Of a stretch of 64,000 nucleotides of DNA, positions 48,969-59,474 are shown piece by piece. Under the pieces are notes generated by a model. The model worked only from the letters and a program-made list of their open reading frames with translations. It was not told the origin of the DNA and did not search any database. The first letter of the stretch is position 1; each line of letters opens with the position of its first letter. The DNA is from an uncultured Planctomycetota bacterium (GTDB lineage Bacteria; Planctomycetota; PLA2; JAEUHO01), in the NCBI GenBank assembly GCA_963752285.1, contig CAVVXN010000005.1, forward strand, positions 1,536,001-1,600,000, in the 5' to 3' direction. The position numbers and the translations under genes are program-made.

Positions 48969-49723
48969 ACGGGCCCCCGACGCGGCGTCGCGCGCCCGAG
49001 GCGGCGCTCGAGGCGCCGCGCGACGAGCGAGAGCGGCACGGTGACCAGGAGGTAGAACGCCGCGACGACGAGGAACGCCTCGAACGTGCGGTACGTCTCC
49101 GCGCCCACCTGGCGCGCGGTGGCCATCAGCTCGGCGTATCCGATGAAGAAGAGGAGAGAGGAGTCCTTCGTCAGGGCGATCAGCTCGCCGGTGAGCGGCG
49201 GGAGCATCCGCCGGTAGGCCTGCGGCAGGACGACGTGCCGGAGCGTCTGCCCGCGCGACAGCCCGAGAGAGCGCGCGGCCTCGACCTGGCCCCGGTCGAT
49301 CGACTCGATGCCCGCGCGGACGATCTCGCCGACGTACGCCGCCGCGACGAGCCCCAGGGCGACCGTGCCGACGAGGAACCGGTCGTCCACGCCGAGGATC
49401 GGGGCGAGCCCAAAGTAGGCCAGCGTCAGCGTGACGAGGATCGGCGTCCCGCGCGCGACCTCCACGTAGAGGTCGCCGAGGTGCCGCACCACGAGGCGGC
49501 GGTCGAGGCGCGCGAGGGCCACGAAGAGCCCCCCCACGAGGCCCACGGCGAACGCGGCCGCCGTCGCGACGACGGTGCGTCCGAGCCCCTCGGCGAACAG
49601 GCGCCGCGCGGCGAACGCGCGCGAGAAGTCGAAGTCGTACCGGGAGGCGGAGAGCGCCCCGGCGAGGAGCGCCCCCACGCCGGCCGTCAGGCCGACCCGG
49701 ACGAGGAGCTCCTTCCCGCGCAC
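48965..49723 (-). CDS. Polar amino acid ABC permease
   Basis: RGTP, EIVRAGI...[15 protein letters not shown]. Confidence 0.92.
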
Positions 49724-50509
49724 CTACCAGGATTCCGGCGGGTCGGTCCCGAACCACCTGCGGAAGATCGTCTGGTAGCGACCGTCCGCGCGCACGTCGT
49801 CGAGGAACCGGTCGAGGCGGTCCCGGAACGCGTCGTCGCCCCGCCGGCAGGCGATCGCGTACGGCTCGTCGCTCAACGGTTCGAGGAGCGCGCGCGTCGT
49901 GTCGGGGTTCTCGCGGTGGTGGCGCTCGATCGAGTGCTGGTCGTACAGGAAGGCGTCCGCGCGCCCGTTCACGACCTCGAGCGCGCACGCGCCCTCCGTG
50001 TCGAGCCGGACGATCGACGCGTGGGGGAACAGGCGCTGGGCCGCGAGGTCGCCGGTCGTGCCGAGCTTCACCACCACGCGCTTTCCGTCCACGTCGGAGG
50101 CCTTCTCGATGGGCGTCGAGGTCCCCACGAGCAGGCAGAGGCGTGTGCGGTAGTACGGCTTGGAGAACGCGCGGCTCTTCGCGCGCTCCGGCGTCGCCGT
50201 CATGCCGGAGAGGATCACATCGATCTTCCCGGTCGCGAGCGCGGTGGGCAGGGAGTCGAACGCCATCTCCTCGAACCGGGCCCGGACGCCGAGGTCCCGG
50301 GCCAGGGCCCGGCCCAGGTCCACGTCCAGGCCGACCAGGCGTCCCTCGGCGTCCTTCGACTCGAACGGGGGGAACTCGGGCTCCGTGCCGATCCGGATCT
50401 CGCCGCGCGCCTTCAAGCGCTCGAGCGTCGAGCCTTCCGGGCCGCCCCCGCAGCCGAGGAGGAGACACGCGAGGGCGAGCACGGAAGGAATCGCGGCGGG
50501 CCGGACCAT
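49724..50509 (-). CDS. Polar amino acid ABC substrate-binding lipoprotein
   Basis: Lipobox [23 protein letters not shown]. Confidence 0.92.
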   Translation of the reverse strand: MVRPAAIPSVLALACLLLGCGGGPEGSTLERLKARGEIRIGTEPEFPPFESKDAEGRLVGLDVDLGRALARDLGVRARFEEMAFDSLPTALATGKIDVILSGMTATPERAKSRAFSKPYYRTRLCLLVGTSTPIEKASDVDGKRVVVKLGTTGDLAAQRLFPHASIVRLDTEGACALEVVNGRADAFLYDQHSIERHHRENPDTTRALLEPLSDEPYAIACRRGDDAFRDRLDRFLDDVRADGRYQTIFRRWFGTDPPESW

Positions 50510-50583
50510 CGGCGAGGATCCTACCGCGTCGCCGCCTCGGGGAGGACACCCCGACGCCGGCGCGGCCGGGAGGCGAGACGAGC

Positions 50584-51942
50584 ATGCCGATCGACGCGTT
50601 GGACCTGCCCCTGCTCGAGCGGGCGCTCTCCGAGCTGGCCCGGGGGTTCTCGGACCTCCCTCCCGACCCCTCGCCGGCCGGGGACGAGCGCGCGGCGATC
50701 CAGGAGGTGCTCCTCGAGACCGCGCGAAGGATGCGCGACAACTACCCCTACCACCACCCGCTCTACGTGGGTCAGATGCTGAAGCCGCCCCATCCGGTCG
50801 CCCGTCTCGCGTACGCGCTCGCGACGTGGCTCAACCCCAACAACCACGCGCTCGACGGCGGGCGCGCGTCTTCGGCGATGGAGAAGGAAGCCGTCGCCCG
50901 CCTCGGTGCGCTCTTCGGGTGGGACCACCCGCTCGGCCACCTGACCGGCGGAGGGACCCTCGCGAACCTCGAGGCGCTCTGGGTCGCCCGAGAGGTGGCG
51001 GGGGCGGGCGTCGTGCTCGCCTCGTCGGAGGCGCACTACACGCACGAGCGCCTCGCCGGCGTGCTCGGCGTGCCGTTCGGGCGCGTGGCGGTGGACGCGT
51101 CGGGCCGCATGGACGTCGCCGACCTCGAGCGAAGGCTCGCCGTGGGGGACGCGTGCGTGGTCGTCGCGACGCTCGGCACGACGGCGCTCGGCGCGGTGGA
51201 CCCGCTGCCGGCCATCCTCGACGTCGCGCGCGCGCGGGGCGTTCGCGTCCACGTAGACGCCGCGTACGGCGGCTTCTTCACGCTCGCCGGCTCCCTCGCC
51301 GCGCCGGCGAGGGCGGCGTTCGACGCGGCCGGCCGGGCCGACTCGGTCGTCGTGGACCCGCACAAGCACGGGCTCCAGCCCTACGGCTGCGGGTGCGTGC
51401 TGTTCCGGGACCCCGCGGTGGGCGCCGTGTACCGGCACGACTCGCCCTACACGTACTTCTCGTCGGACGAGCTGCACCTCGGCGAGATCTCGCTCGAGTG
51501 CTCGCGGCCCGGCGCCGCGGCGGTGGGGCTCTGGGCGACCCAGCGGCTCCTCCCCTACGAGCCGGGCGGTCGTTTCGCCGCGGACCTGGACCGCTCGCTC
51601 TCGGCGGCGCGCGAGCTCGCCCGCCGCCTCGGCGCGGACCCGCGCCTCGCGCTCGTCGTCCCGCCCGAGCTCGACATCGTCGTGCTCGCGGTGCGCGCAC
51701 TGAGCGCTGGCGAGGCCTCGCGCCGCGCACGGCGGGTCTTCGACGAGGCCGCGCGGATCGGCCTCCACCTCGCGCTCGCCGCCGTGCCCCGCGCGCTCGT
51801 CGAACGCGCGACCGGACGCCTCGAGGGCAACGAGCCCACGGTCACGTGCCTCCGCATGACCACGATGAAGCCCGAGCACGCCGCGTGGACGGACGCGATC
51901 GTCCAACGCCTGGGCCGATCGCTCGACGCCGCGAGGTCGTGA
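50584..51942 (+). CDS. Group II PLP-dependent decarboxylase
   Basis: [24 protein letters not shown] (PLP lysine), ECSRPG. Confidence 0.9.
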   Translation: MPIDALDLPLLERALSELARGFSDLPPDPSPAGDERAAIQEVLLETARRMRDNYPYHHPLYVGQMLKPPHPVARLAYALATWLNPNNHALDGGRASSAMEKEAVARLGALFGWDHPLGHLTGGGTLANLEALWVAREVAGAGVVLASSEAHYTHERLAGVLGVPFGRVAVDASGRMDVADLERRLAVGDACVVVATLGTTALGAVDPLPAILDVARARGVRVHVDAAYGGFFTLAGSLAAPARAAFDAAGRADSVVVDPHKHGLQPYGCGCVLFRDPAVGAVYRHDSPYTYFSSDELHLGEISLECSRPGAAAVGLWATQRLLPYEPGGRFAADLDRSLSAARELARRLGADPRLALVVPPELDIVVLAVRALSAGEASRRARRVFDEAARIGLHLALAAVPRALVERATGRLEGNEPTVTCLRMTTMKPEHAAWTDAIVQRLGRSLDAARS

Positions 51943-51966
51943 GCACGGCGCCCCGCGGGGGCCCGT

Positions 51967-53124
51967 TCAGCGGTCCGAGAGCTCCGGCGCCGCGGCCGCG
52001 GCCGCCTCCTCGCGCTCGGCGCGCGCGACCGCGACGGCGAGTCGTGTTCGCTGGGGGTCCACGAAGCCCCGGCCCTGCTCGACCTGCCGCCGCAGCGTGT
52101 CGAGGAAGAATGGCACGTGGAACGGGGCCTCGCGCCACGCCCCCACCGGGGGCGGGCGCGGGGTCTCGTGCGCGAGGGCCGCGAGCACGCTCTCGACGAC
52201 CGCGACCTGCTCCGGGTGCGGCGCGATCTGGCCGGCGAACGTCTCGTCGAACGCGCGGGCCGACGCCGGGTCGAGGCCCTGCAGTCGGAGTCGGTCCACG
52301 CCCTTCGCGAGCTCGGCGAGAAGGGCCTCCCGCGCCGTCTGACGTGCCCGCTCGGCTTCCGCGTCGGGATGGGCGGCGTCCCACCGCGCGAGCGCGGCCT
52401 TCGCCTCCTCGAGCGCGCGTCGGGCCTGGTCGAGCCGGGCGCGCGCCGCGACCACCTTCGGGTCCACCGCGGGCGGGATCGCCTCGCCGTCCGGACCGGG
52501 GAGCGGCGTCGGCCCCGTCTCGGGCGCCGGCACGAGAGGCGTCGGTCCGGAGGCGTCCGACGACGAACGACTCGGAACGCTCCGCGGCGTCTCGTCCGTC
52601 CCGGTCGGCGTACCGACCCCGGCCGGCGTCTTCGCGCGTGCGTCGTCGGCACTCCCGCCCTCGCCGCCCCCTTGCGTGGCGAACACCACGCCCACGACCG
52701 CGGCCGCGACCACCGCGACCGCGAGCAGCGGCCAGCGACGCGCGGGGGCCGCCACCGCCGGGGCCCCGGGCTCGGCCGCCCCCGGCCGTCGCGTCGTCTT
52801 GGTGGTGAGACGGGTGCTCTGGTGGCACCGGGGACAGTTGTACGACGTGCCGAACAGGTCGGCCGACACCGGGGCCGTGTTGCCGCACCACGGGCAGTCG
52901 AACGCCACCCTTTGCTCTTCGTGGTGCGGCGCGTCGGGCGGCGCGTCGAGGAGACCGGCCCGGCGCACGGTGTGTTCGGTGAGCTTGGTCTTCTGGCCGC
53001 ACTCCGGGCACTCGAAGCTCTCGCCCACGTGGTCCGGGGCGACACCGCAGATGGCGCCGCACCAGGGGCAGTCGAAGGTGAGGTGCCCCGGGCCGTAGGC
53101 TTCCTGGTCGCTCGATCGATGCAC
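51967..53124 (-). CDS. Membrane-anchored protein with tandem zinc-ribbon domains
   Basis: FDCPWCG..CPECG and FDCPWCG..CPRCH, TM helix, Pro/Thr linker, helical C-terminal domain; start uncertain. Confidence 0.72.
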   Translation of the reverse strand: MHRSSDQEAYGPGHLTFDCPWCGAICGVAPDHVGESFECPECGQKTKLTEHTVRRAGLLDAPPDAPHHEEQRVAFDCPWCGNTAPVSADLFGTSYNCPRCHQSTRLTTKTTRRPGAAEPGAPAVAAPARRWPLLAVAVVAAAVVGVVFATQGGGEGGSADDARAKTPAGVGTPTGTDETPRSVPSRSSSDASGPTPLVPAPETGPTPLPGPDGEAIPPAVDPKVVAARARLDQARRALEEAKAALARWDAAHPDAEAERARQTAREALLAELAKGVDRLRLQGLDPASARAFDETFAGQIAPHPEQVAVVESVLAALAHETPRPPPVGAWREAPFHVPFFLDTLRRQVEQGRGFVDPQRTRLAVAVARAEREEAAAAAAPELSDR

Positions 53125-53301
53125 ACGGACCTCCAGCGGAGGCCGGCCCCGTCCCTTCGCCGAGCGGGCACGTGGGCGGGCCGCCCCCGCCACTCCGTCC
53201 CATTCTACAGAGACGGCACCGCCGGAGGCGAGCCCTCCCTCGCGACCCGCGGGCCCGGGGCGGTGCGCCGTCCCCCGGCGGGTCGGTCGTCCCGGGGCCC
53301 C

Positions 53302-54318
53302 TCAGGGAAGACGGGTGAACCGGATCGCGACGCGCTCCACGCCGTTCGTCTCGGCGGGCTCGACCTCGACCACGCCGTCTTTCGCGTCGAGGAACCGCTC
53401 CGCCGGCACGTAGACGACGCCGACGGGGTCGTCGAACGCCAGGTCCGAGTCGACGACCTCGAGGAGGAGACCGTCCCCCGTCCCCGAACGGACCCGCCCC
53501 TCGAGCGCGACGTCGTCCCACGCGAGCGTCAGGTCGTCGCGGCCCGCCTCGGAGGTCAGCACCTGGCCGCCGAGCCACGACACGTGGAGGACGAGGTCGG
53601 GCTTCGCCATCTCGAGGGCGGGCGCGCGGGCCGGCGCGGGCACGTGGGGGAGCTTCGCGAGGGGGTTCCTCCCCACGTCCCAGTCGCCGCCCTCGGGCCG
53701 GTGCGCACGGGCGGTGACCTCGAGACGGTCCACGCGGAGCGCGACCGGCGCGGCGCGCGAGGCGTCCTCCACGCGCACGACGACCTCCAGGTCGAACAGC
53801 CCGGCCGATCCCTCGAGGACGTGGAGCCCCGGCTTCGCCACGAGATCGGCCGCCGTCGCCACGGCGGCGCCGACGCGGTCGTCGTCCCGCAGGTCCTCGT
53901 CCATCACCTGGAACGAGACGCGGTCCGGACGCCGGCCCGTGGCGGGATCCGCCGTGAGCTCGAAGGAGAGCACGTAGTCGGGCGCGAACGTTCCCTGCAC
54001 GGGCTTCGACCGCGCGAGCTCCCGATCGCCCGCGAGGACCACGACGTACGGGTCGGGTCGGTTCCGGTAGGGAACGAGCGAGAGGAGGGAGAGCGACGGG
54101 TAGCCGGCCGCGGCGGCCAACGCGCGGTACGCGAGCAGGGGGATCTTCTGCTGGTCGCCGTCCCACGCCCGGCCGTCCGGCTGGAGGGGCCGGATGCGCG
54201 CGCCGATCACGGTGAGCGAGACGCGCGACGAGCTCGCCGGGTCCGCCGACACGGCCGGGCAGAGCGCCAGACCGAGTGCCAGCACGGCCGCCAGCGAACG
54301 ACGAGAGAAGATCCCCAT
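53302..54318 (-). CDS. Secreted protein with two C2-like domains
   Basis: Signal peptide; WDG..PDPYVVV..VMDEDLRDDDRVG and WDVG..PDL..VVDSDLAFDDPVG; GGGAGG SD. Confidence 0.78.
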   Translation of the reverse strand: MGIFSRRSLAAVLALGLALCPAVSADPASSSRVSLTVIGARIRPLQPDGRAWDGDQQKIPLLAYRALAAAAGYPSLSLLSLVPYRNRPDPYVVVLAGDRELARSKPVQGTFAPDYVLSFELTADPATGRRPDRVSFQVMDEDLRDDDRVGAAVATAADLVAKPGLHVLEGSAGLFDLEVVVRVEDASRAAPVALRVDRLEVTARAHRPEGGDWDVGRNPLAKLPHVPAPARAPALEMAKPDLVLHVSWLGGQVLTSEAGRDDLTLAWDDVALEGRVRSGTGDGLLLEVVDSDLAFDDPVGVVYVPAERFLDAKDGVVEVEPAETNGVERVAIRFTRLP

Positions 54319-54402
54319 GGCGCCCTCCCAGATGGCGCCCATGGTACCGTCGCGCCGCCGCGGGAGCGGGACCGGGCGGAGCACGACCGAGGCGGAGGGG
54401 CG

Positions 54403-55275
54403 ATGCGGGCGCTCGTGCTGAGCGGCGGGGGGTCGAAGGGGGCCTGGCAGGCCGGGGCGATCGACCAGCTGCTCCGGGACCGCGGCCGTACGCACGACCT
54501 CTACTGCGGCGTGTCGGCCGGGGCGCTCAACGCCGCGTTCCTCTCGATGTACGGGCCGGGCGCGGAGGGTACGGGCGCGCGCGACCTGGTCGAGGTGTGG
54601 CGGTCGCTCCGCACGTCGAGCGTCCGGCGTGCGCATCGTCCCTTTGGACTTCTCGAGGGCCTCTGGCTCCCGAGCCTCTACGACAGCCACCCCCTCCAGG
54701 AGCTCGTTCGGGCGCGGATCGAACCCGCGCGCTCGGCGTCGTCCGGAAAGCGGCTGCGCGTCGGCGCGGTCTCGCTGACGACCGGCCGGTACCGACTCTT
54801 CGACGAGACCTCGCCGCACCTCGCGGACGCGGTGCTCGCGTCGTCGGCGTTCCCCGCGATGCTCGCCCCCGTCGAGGTGGACGGAGACCTCTGCACGGAC
54901 GGAGGCCTTCGCGACGTGACGCCGCTCGCCGCGGCCATCGACGCCGGGGCGACGTCGGTGGACGTGCTCCTGACGTCGCCGCCGGAGATCGCGCCGCGCC
55001 CCGTCGTCGAGGGCCGCCGGCTGAACGCGGTCCGTCTCGCCGTCCGCGCCCTCGAGATCCTCCTCCACGAGGTCGTGGAGAACGACCTCACGGTCGCCGT
55101 CCGGACGAACGAGCTCGTACGCCGGGGCGCCGCGCCGGGGAAGCGCGAGGTCCAGGTCCGGGTGCTCCGTCCCTCGGTCGCGCTGCCCGGGGACCCGCTC
55201 GACTTCTCGCCCCCCCGCATCGCCGAGATGCTCGCGCAGGGACACGCGGACGCCCGGACCTTCGACACGGTCTGA
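54403..55275 (+). CDS. Patatin-like phospholipase
   Basis: LSGGGSKG, GVSAG nucleophile elbow, ASSAFP, DGG. Confidence 0.92.
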   Translation: MRALVLSGGGSKGAWQAGAIDQLLRDRGRTHDLYCGVSAGALNAAFLSMYGPGAEGTGARDLVEVWRSLRTSSVRRAHRPFGLLEGLWLPSLYDSHPLQELVRARIEPARSASSGKRLRVGAVSLTTGRYRLFDETSPHLADAVLASSAFPAMLAPVEVDGDLCTDGGLRDVTPLAAAIDAGATSVDVLLTSPPEIAPRPVVEGRRLNAVRLAVRALEILLHEVVENDLTVAVRTNELVRRGAAPGKREVQVRVLRPSVALPGDPLDFSPPRIAEMLAQGHADARTFDTV

Positions 55276-55377
55276 CCCCCGCTGCCGACGCGGGCGCGCG
55301 GCGCGCGGTCCGCGCCTCGGTTTCCGAGTCCCACGCGCCTTCTACAATCACCCGACCCCGGTCCTCGCGAGGCTCCG

Positions 55378-56703
55378 TTGCGTCGTCGTGCCCTCTTGTC
55401 CCTCCGGCCGCTCCTCGCGTTCGCCGCGCTGGCGGTCCTCTCCGTCCTCTCGGGATGGGCGGACGCGACCGTCGCGCGGGCGGGCCCGGAGGGCGGTGGC
55501 GTTGCGCCCGGCGACCCCGACGCCGCCGCGCGGGCGCGCCTCCTCGCCTACCTCTCGCACGAGCGGCGGCTGGACCTCGCCTTCCTCGAGCACCTCGGGT
55601 GGCGGGTGCTCGCGGGACGTCCCGGCACGGGGATCGTCGTGCAGGGAGGGTGGCCCGCGCGTCGCCCGACCCTGGCGGCGGCGCAGGCGGCGGGCGATCT
55701 CGAGATCCGCGTCGCGCCGGACGTCCGTGGCGACGCGGTCGGACGCTTCGCGCCACGGCTCGGCCCGCTCGCCGACTCGCGGCCCTCGCGCTCAGCGTTC
55801 AAGCACCGCGAGGCCGTGGCGGTGCGCGACGCGACGAGGAAGCTCGCCGACAACACGGAGCGCGGACGATTCACCTTCCCGAAGCTCGTCCTGATCGACA
55901 GCCCCTGGTTCCGCGTGGAGCCGCCCGAGCCGGAGTGGCGGCGCGAGGGGACGATGGCCTACGCACGGGGGTCCCCCGCGCGCGCCATCGCCGCGTTCTA
56001 CGACCGGGAGGCCGTGGCCGAGTGCTACGCCGCGCAGTGGATCGCCCTCTTCGCGACCCAGTACGAGGTCCTCGGTCCCCGGGCGTTCGACGAGGCCTAC
56101 CGCCCCGACGAGCTGGTGCTCGGCCGGCCCAACGACATCGTGGACACGCCGTTCGGCCACTACGTCACGGACGTGAACCCCTCTCCGTGGCGCGCCCTCC
56201 TGATCGCGCCGCCCGACTACGACCTCGACCCGGGCGTGGCGCTCGCGCGTCAGGGGCCCGTCGCGTTCGCCGCCGCGAGTGGCGTGGTCGAGAACGTCGA
56301 GCCGGGACTGCGCTCGAACGACAACTTCGTGATCGTGTCGGTGACGCCCGAGGCCACGGCGTGGCTGCTCGAGAACGACGGGTTCGCCGGCGTCACGGCG
56401 CGCACCGAGGCCGCGTGGGAGGCGCACGAGCGGGGACGGCGCGGCGTGGTCAAGGGCGCGTCGGGCACGGAGGCCCGCGACGAAGTGGAGGCGATCCTCT
56501 CCGAGACGCCGTTCCTCGGGATCACGCTCTACGTGCACCCGTACGGCGTGGTGCCGCTGAAGGAGATCGTCCAGCACCGCGTGGGCACGATCCAGCGGCC
56601 CGTCCGCGTACGCGTCTACCGGAACAGCGTCGAGGACGCGTTCTACCAACGCTACCGCGCCTGGTTCCGCGCCCACGCCGAGGTCGCGGAGCCCCCGCGC
56701 TGA
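55378..56703 (+). CDS. Secreted Bacillus Tgl-like protein-glutamine gamma-glutamyltransferase
   Basis: Signal peptide; SPARAI..AECYAA..Y..LG..FD, NDNFVIV and YVHPYG parallel the Tgl motif order. Confidence 0.68.
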   Translation: MRRRALLSLRPLLAFAALAVLSVLSGWADATVARAGPEGGGVAPGDPDAAARARLLAYLSHERRLDLAFLEHLGWRVLAGRPGTGIVVQGGWPARRPTLAAAQAAGDLEIRVAPDVRGDAVGRFAPRLGPLADSRPSRSAFKHREAVAVRDATRKLADNTERGRFTFPKLVLIDSPWFRVEPPEPEWRREGTMAYARGSPARAIAAFYDREAVAECYAAQWIALFATQYEVLGPRAFDEAYRPDELVLGRPNDIVDTPFGHYVTDVNPSPWRALLIAPPDYDLDPGVALARQGPVAFAAASGVVENVEPGLRSNDNFVIVSVTPEATAWLLENDGFAGVTARTEAAWEAHERGRRGVVKGASGTEARDEVEAILSETPFLGITLYVHPYGVVPLKEIVQHRVGTIQRPVRVRVYRNSVEDAFYQRYRAWFRAHAEVAEPPR

Positions 56704-56803
56704 GGCGGCCCTCCCGCGCGGCGCCGGCGGGCCCGCTCGTACGTCGGGACCACATCCGACGCGCCTGCGAACGTCCTTCGTGACGGTCGTTGCCGGACAG
56801 GCC

Positions 56804-59281
56804 CTACGGGGTCCCGAGTCGCACGTCGCGGACCTCGGCCCAGCCGGACTCGACGAAGAGGCCCGCGGCGCCCGCGAGCTCGCCCGGCGCGTACGGGAGC
56901 CGCCCCACCGCACGTCCGTCCACGAAGAGGGAGACGTGACGGCTGTCCACCTCGACGGCGAGGCGGACGCCCTTCTCGAGATCCAGGCCCTGGTCGCCCA
57001 GGTCCTCGCGGCGTGTCAGGAGGTCGAGCACGCGAAGGCCTTCGAGCTTGCCGCCCGCCTGGACCCCGAATGCGTCCACGACGCCGGTCCCGTCGTCGCC
57101 CACGGCCAGCCCGACGAAGCCCCGGGTGCTCATCGGCCGGAGTCGCACGGTGGCCTCGAGTCGATACGGCAGCTCGGGCGCCTCCCTCAGGAGGAGGCGC
57201 GCGCTCTCCTCGGAGCTGACCGACGCAGCGGCCTCGTCCGCCCTCCACTCGCCGGACGGCCACCACGAGAGGAGACCCGACCCCAGGGGGATCCGACGCC
57301 ACGCGAACGCGTCCGCGTGCGTCTTCGCGCGGAGGTCGTGCGACAGCTCTTCGAGGTCGGGATCGCCTCCGAGGAGGCGGCTCGCCGCACCGAGCGTGAA
57401 GAGCGCGGTGCGAGGGAAGCCGCGGTCCACGTACAGCCCCGCGGTCCGGTGAACGCGGTCCACGAAGGTCTTCTTCGTCGTCGAGATCGCCTCGAGCAGC
57501 GCGGGATCGAGCGCCTGGATCGCCCGACGGCACGCCTCGGCCACCTCGCCGAGCTTCTTCCCCTCTACGCCGGGGCAGGGCGCGCCGAGGTCGGGTGACC
57601 GCTCGATCTCCGCGAGCGCCGTCCGGTACCAGTAGAGGGACGCGTCCTTCTCGCGGCGCTGCCCGTGGAGCTCGGCCAGCTCCAGCTCCGTCCCGAGGAA
57701 GGCGGGTCGCTTCCTCCGGGCCCACCGGAGGCTCTCGAGCGCCGCGTCGAGATGCCCCAGCGCCCGCTGCTCTCGCGCGCGCTCGAGAAGCACGCTCGCC
57801 TGCTCGGGCGAGGCCGAGGCCAGCGCGCCGAGGTCGTGGATCCACGCCTGCCACCGCTTCTGGAAGTCCCCGAGGTCCTCGTGCATCGGACCGAGGACGA
57901 CCCGCTGGAACGTGGAGAGGGGGTCCTCCCGCCGGGTGGCCTTGTAGGCCTTGACGCACGCCTCGTAGAGCGCCTCGTAGGGCCGATTTCCCTTCTCGTC
58001 CTCGTAGTTCTTGAGGAAGTACACGACGCCCCAGCCCACGGGGTAGTACTCCGCGGGGTACGACGCGGCATCCGCGTACGACAGCACCTGCTCGAGCGAC
58101 GGGTCGCCCTTCCCCATCTCGCCGAGCAGGTCCTGGAGCCGTTCGGCGGGGACCAGGTTCGCCTCCACCCGCCCGAGCGGGAGTCGGCGCGCGCCCTCGA
58201 AGTAGGTGGCGGTCCCCTCGTTCAGCCAGGAGGGCACGAGGCCGGTACAGATCATGTGGACGAACTGGTGCGCCGACTCGTGGAAGAGCGTCTCCCACAT
58301 GTCGGCGTACGGACGGCCCTCGGACCGTGGATCGTACGTGGCCACCCGGTTCTCGCCCGGCACGAAGAAGCCCAGCGCGTCGCCCCCGTCGGGCTCGTGC
58401 GCCAGGAACTCCGCTTGCGTGCGGTACACGTCGATCTCGCAGCGCGCGGTCTTGGACGCGCCGGGCTTGCCGAGGAACACGCGGCAGTAGTAGTCGTGGA
58501 TCTGCTCCATCGCGGAGGCAATCTCCGACGCGTCCTTGAAGGACAGGTCGGTGCGCACGGTGTAGTTGCGCCCCTTGAGCTGCCACGCCTCCGCCCAGTC
58601 GGCGTGCTTCGGGTCCTCGCGTCGCTTGCGCCGCGCGAGCCGGCTCTCCGAATCGTCCAGGGGAACGTCGAGCCCGGTGTCGAGCAGGGCGGCGACGACG
58701 TGGTCGTCGTGGTAGAGGTGCTCGAGCAGGGCGTCCGCGTCGCCGTCGACCATGGTCCCGCGACAGCGAGACAGGCACTCCACCGCGTTCGCGTAGAGGT
58801 GGCGCTTCACGAGCTCCTTGCCGACGTCGAGCAGCCCCTGCCCGTACGACGCGAGGTCCGCCCGGTCGCCCGCCGCGAGGGGATCGAGCGCGTCGGCGCG
58901 GTGCGCCCGCGCGTCGAGGTCGGTGCCGCCGAGCCCGTCCCGGAGCGCGACGACCAGCGCGCGGTCCGCGTACCACAGCGCTTCGTCCGCGCGGCCCGCC
59001 GCCTCGGCCACCCGCGACGCGAGGTCGAGCGCGTCGAGCATCTCGGGTTCCGTCTCGCACGCGAGAACCGCCTCGGTCCACGCGTCGTCGAGCTCCTTCC
59101 GGGACAGGTGGGCCTCGCCGGCGGTCACGTGCGAACGGGCGTCGGCGTCCGGTGCGCTCCCGGGATCGGCGACGGCCCGGCGGGGCCCCGTTCCGAGCGC
59201 CATGACGGCGAGCACGGCGACCGTGTACGCCCCCACCCGGCGTGCCCACGGGAGGTGGGCAACCCGCAACGTCACGTCCAT
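56804..59281 (-). CDS. Secreted TPR + DUF1570-like zinc metallopeptidase with C-terminal beta-sandwich
   Basis: LFHESAHQF...PSWLNEGTATYFE gluzincin motif, YPVGWGVVYFL, TPR-like helices. Confidence 0.82.
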   Translation of the reverse strand: MDVTLRVAHLPWARRVGAYTVAVLAVMALGTGPRRAVADPGSAPDADARSHVTAGEAHLSRKELDDAWTEAVLACETEPEMLDALDLASRVAEAAGRADEALWYADRALVVALRDGLGGTDLDARAHRADALDPLAAGDRADLASYGQGLLDVGKELVKRHLYANAVECLSRCRGTMVDGDADALLEHLYHDDHVVAALLDTGLDVPLDDSESRLARRKRREDPKHADWAEAWQLKGRNYTVRTDLSFKDASEIASAMEQIHDYYCRVFLGKPGASKTARCEIDVYRTQAEFLAHEPDGGDALGFFVPGENRVATYDPRSEGRPYADMWETLFHESAHQFVHMICTGLVPSWLNEGTATYFEGARRLPLGRVEANLVPAERLQDLLGEMGKGDPSLEQVLSYADAASYPAEYYPVGWGVVYFLKNYEDEKGNRPYEALYEACVKAYKATRREDPLSTFQRVVLGPMHEDLGDFQKRWQAWIHDLGALASASPEQASVLLERAREQRALGHLDAALESLRWARRKRPAFLGTELELAELHGQRREKDASLYWYRTALAEIERSPDLGAPCPGVEGKKLGEVAEACRRAIQALDPALLEAISTTKKTFVDRVHRTAGLYVDRGFPRTALFTLGAASRLLGGDPDLEELSHDLRAKTHADAFAWRRIPLGSGLLSWWPSGEWRADEAAASVSSEESARLLLREAPELPYRLEATVRLRPMSTRGFVGLAVGDDGTGVVDAFGVQAGGKLEGLRVLDLLTRREDLGDQGLDLEKGVRLAVEVDSRHVSLFVDGRAVGRLPYAPGELAGAAGLFVESGWAEVRDVRLGTP

Positions 59282-59421
59282 GGCTCATTCCTCCGACCAG
59301 GACGGGGTCGAGACTACGCCCGTGCGGAACGAGGGTCCAGCGCGAACGCGGCGCGTCTCGACCCCGGCGCGAGACCCCCTCCGACGCGACGCGGCCCGCT
59401 GCGGACCCCGCGGCGCAAAGG

Positions 59422-59444
59422 CCGCGAATACCGCGAATACCGCG
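59422..59444. repeat. Intergenic 9-bp tandem repeat (CCGCGAATA x2.5)
   Basis: ccgcgaata ccgcgaata ccgcg read directly from the sequence. Confidence 0.7.
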
Positions 59445-59474
59445 TGCGGGCGCCGTCGGGGCGCCCCGGGGGAA

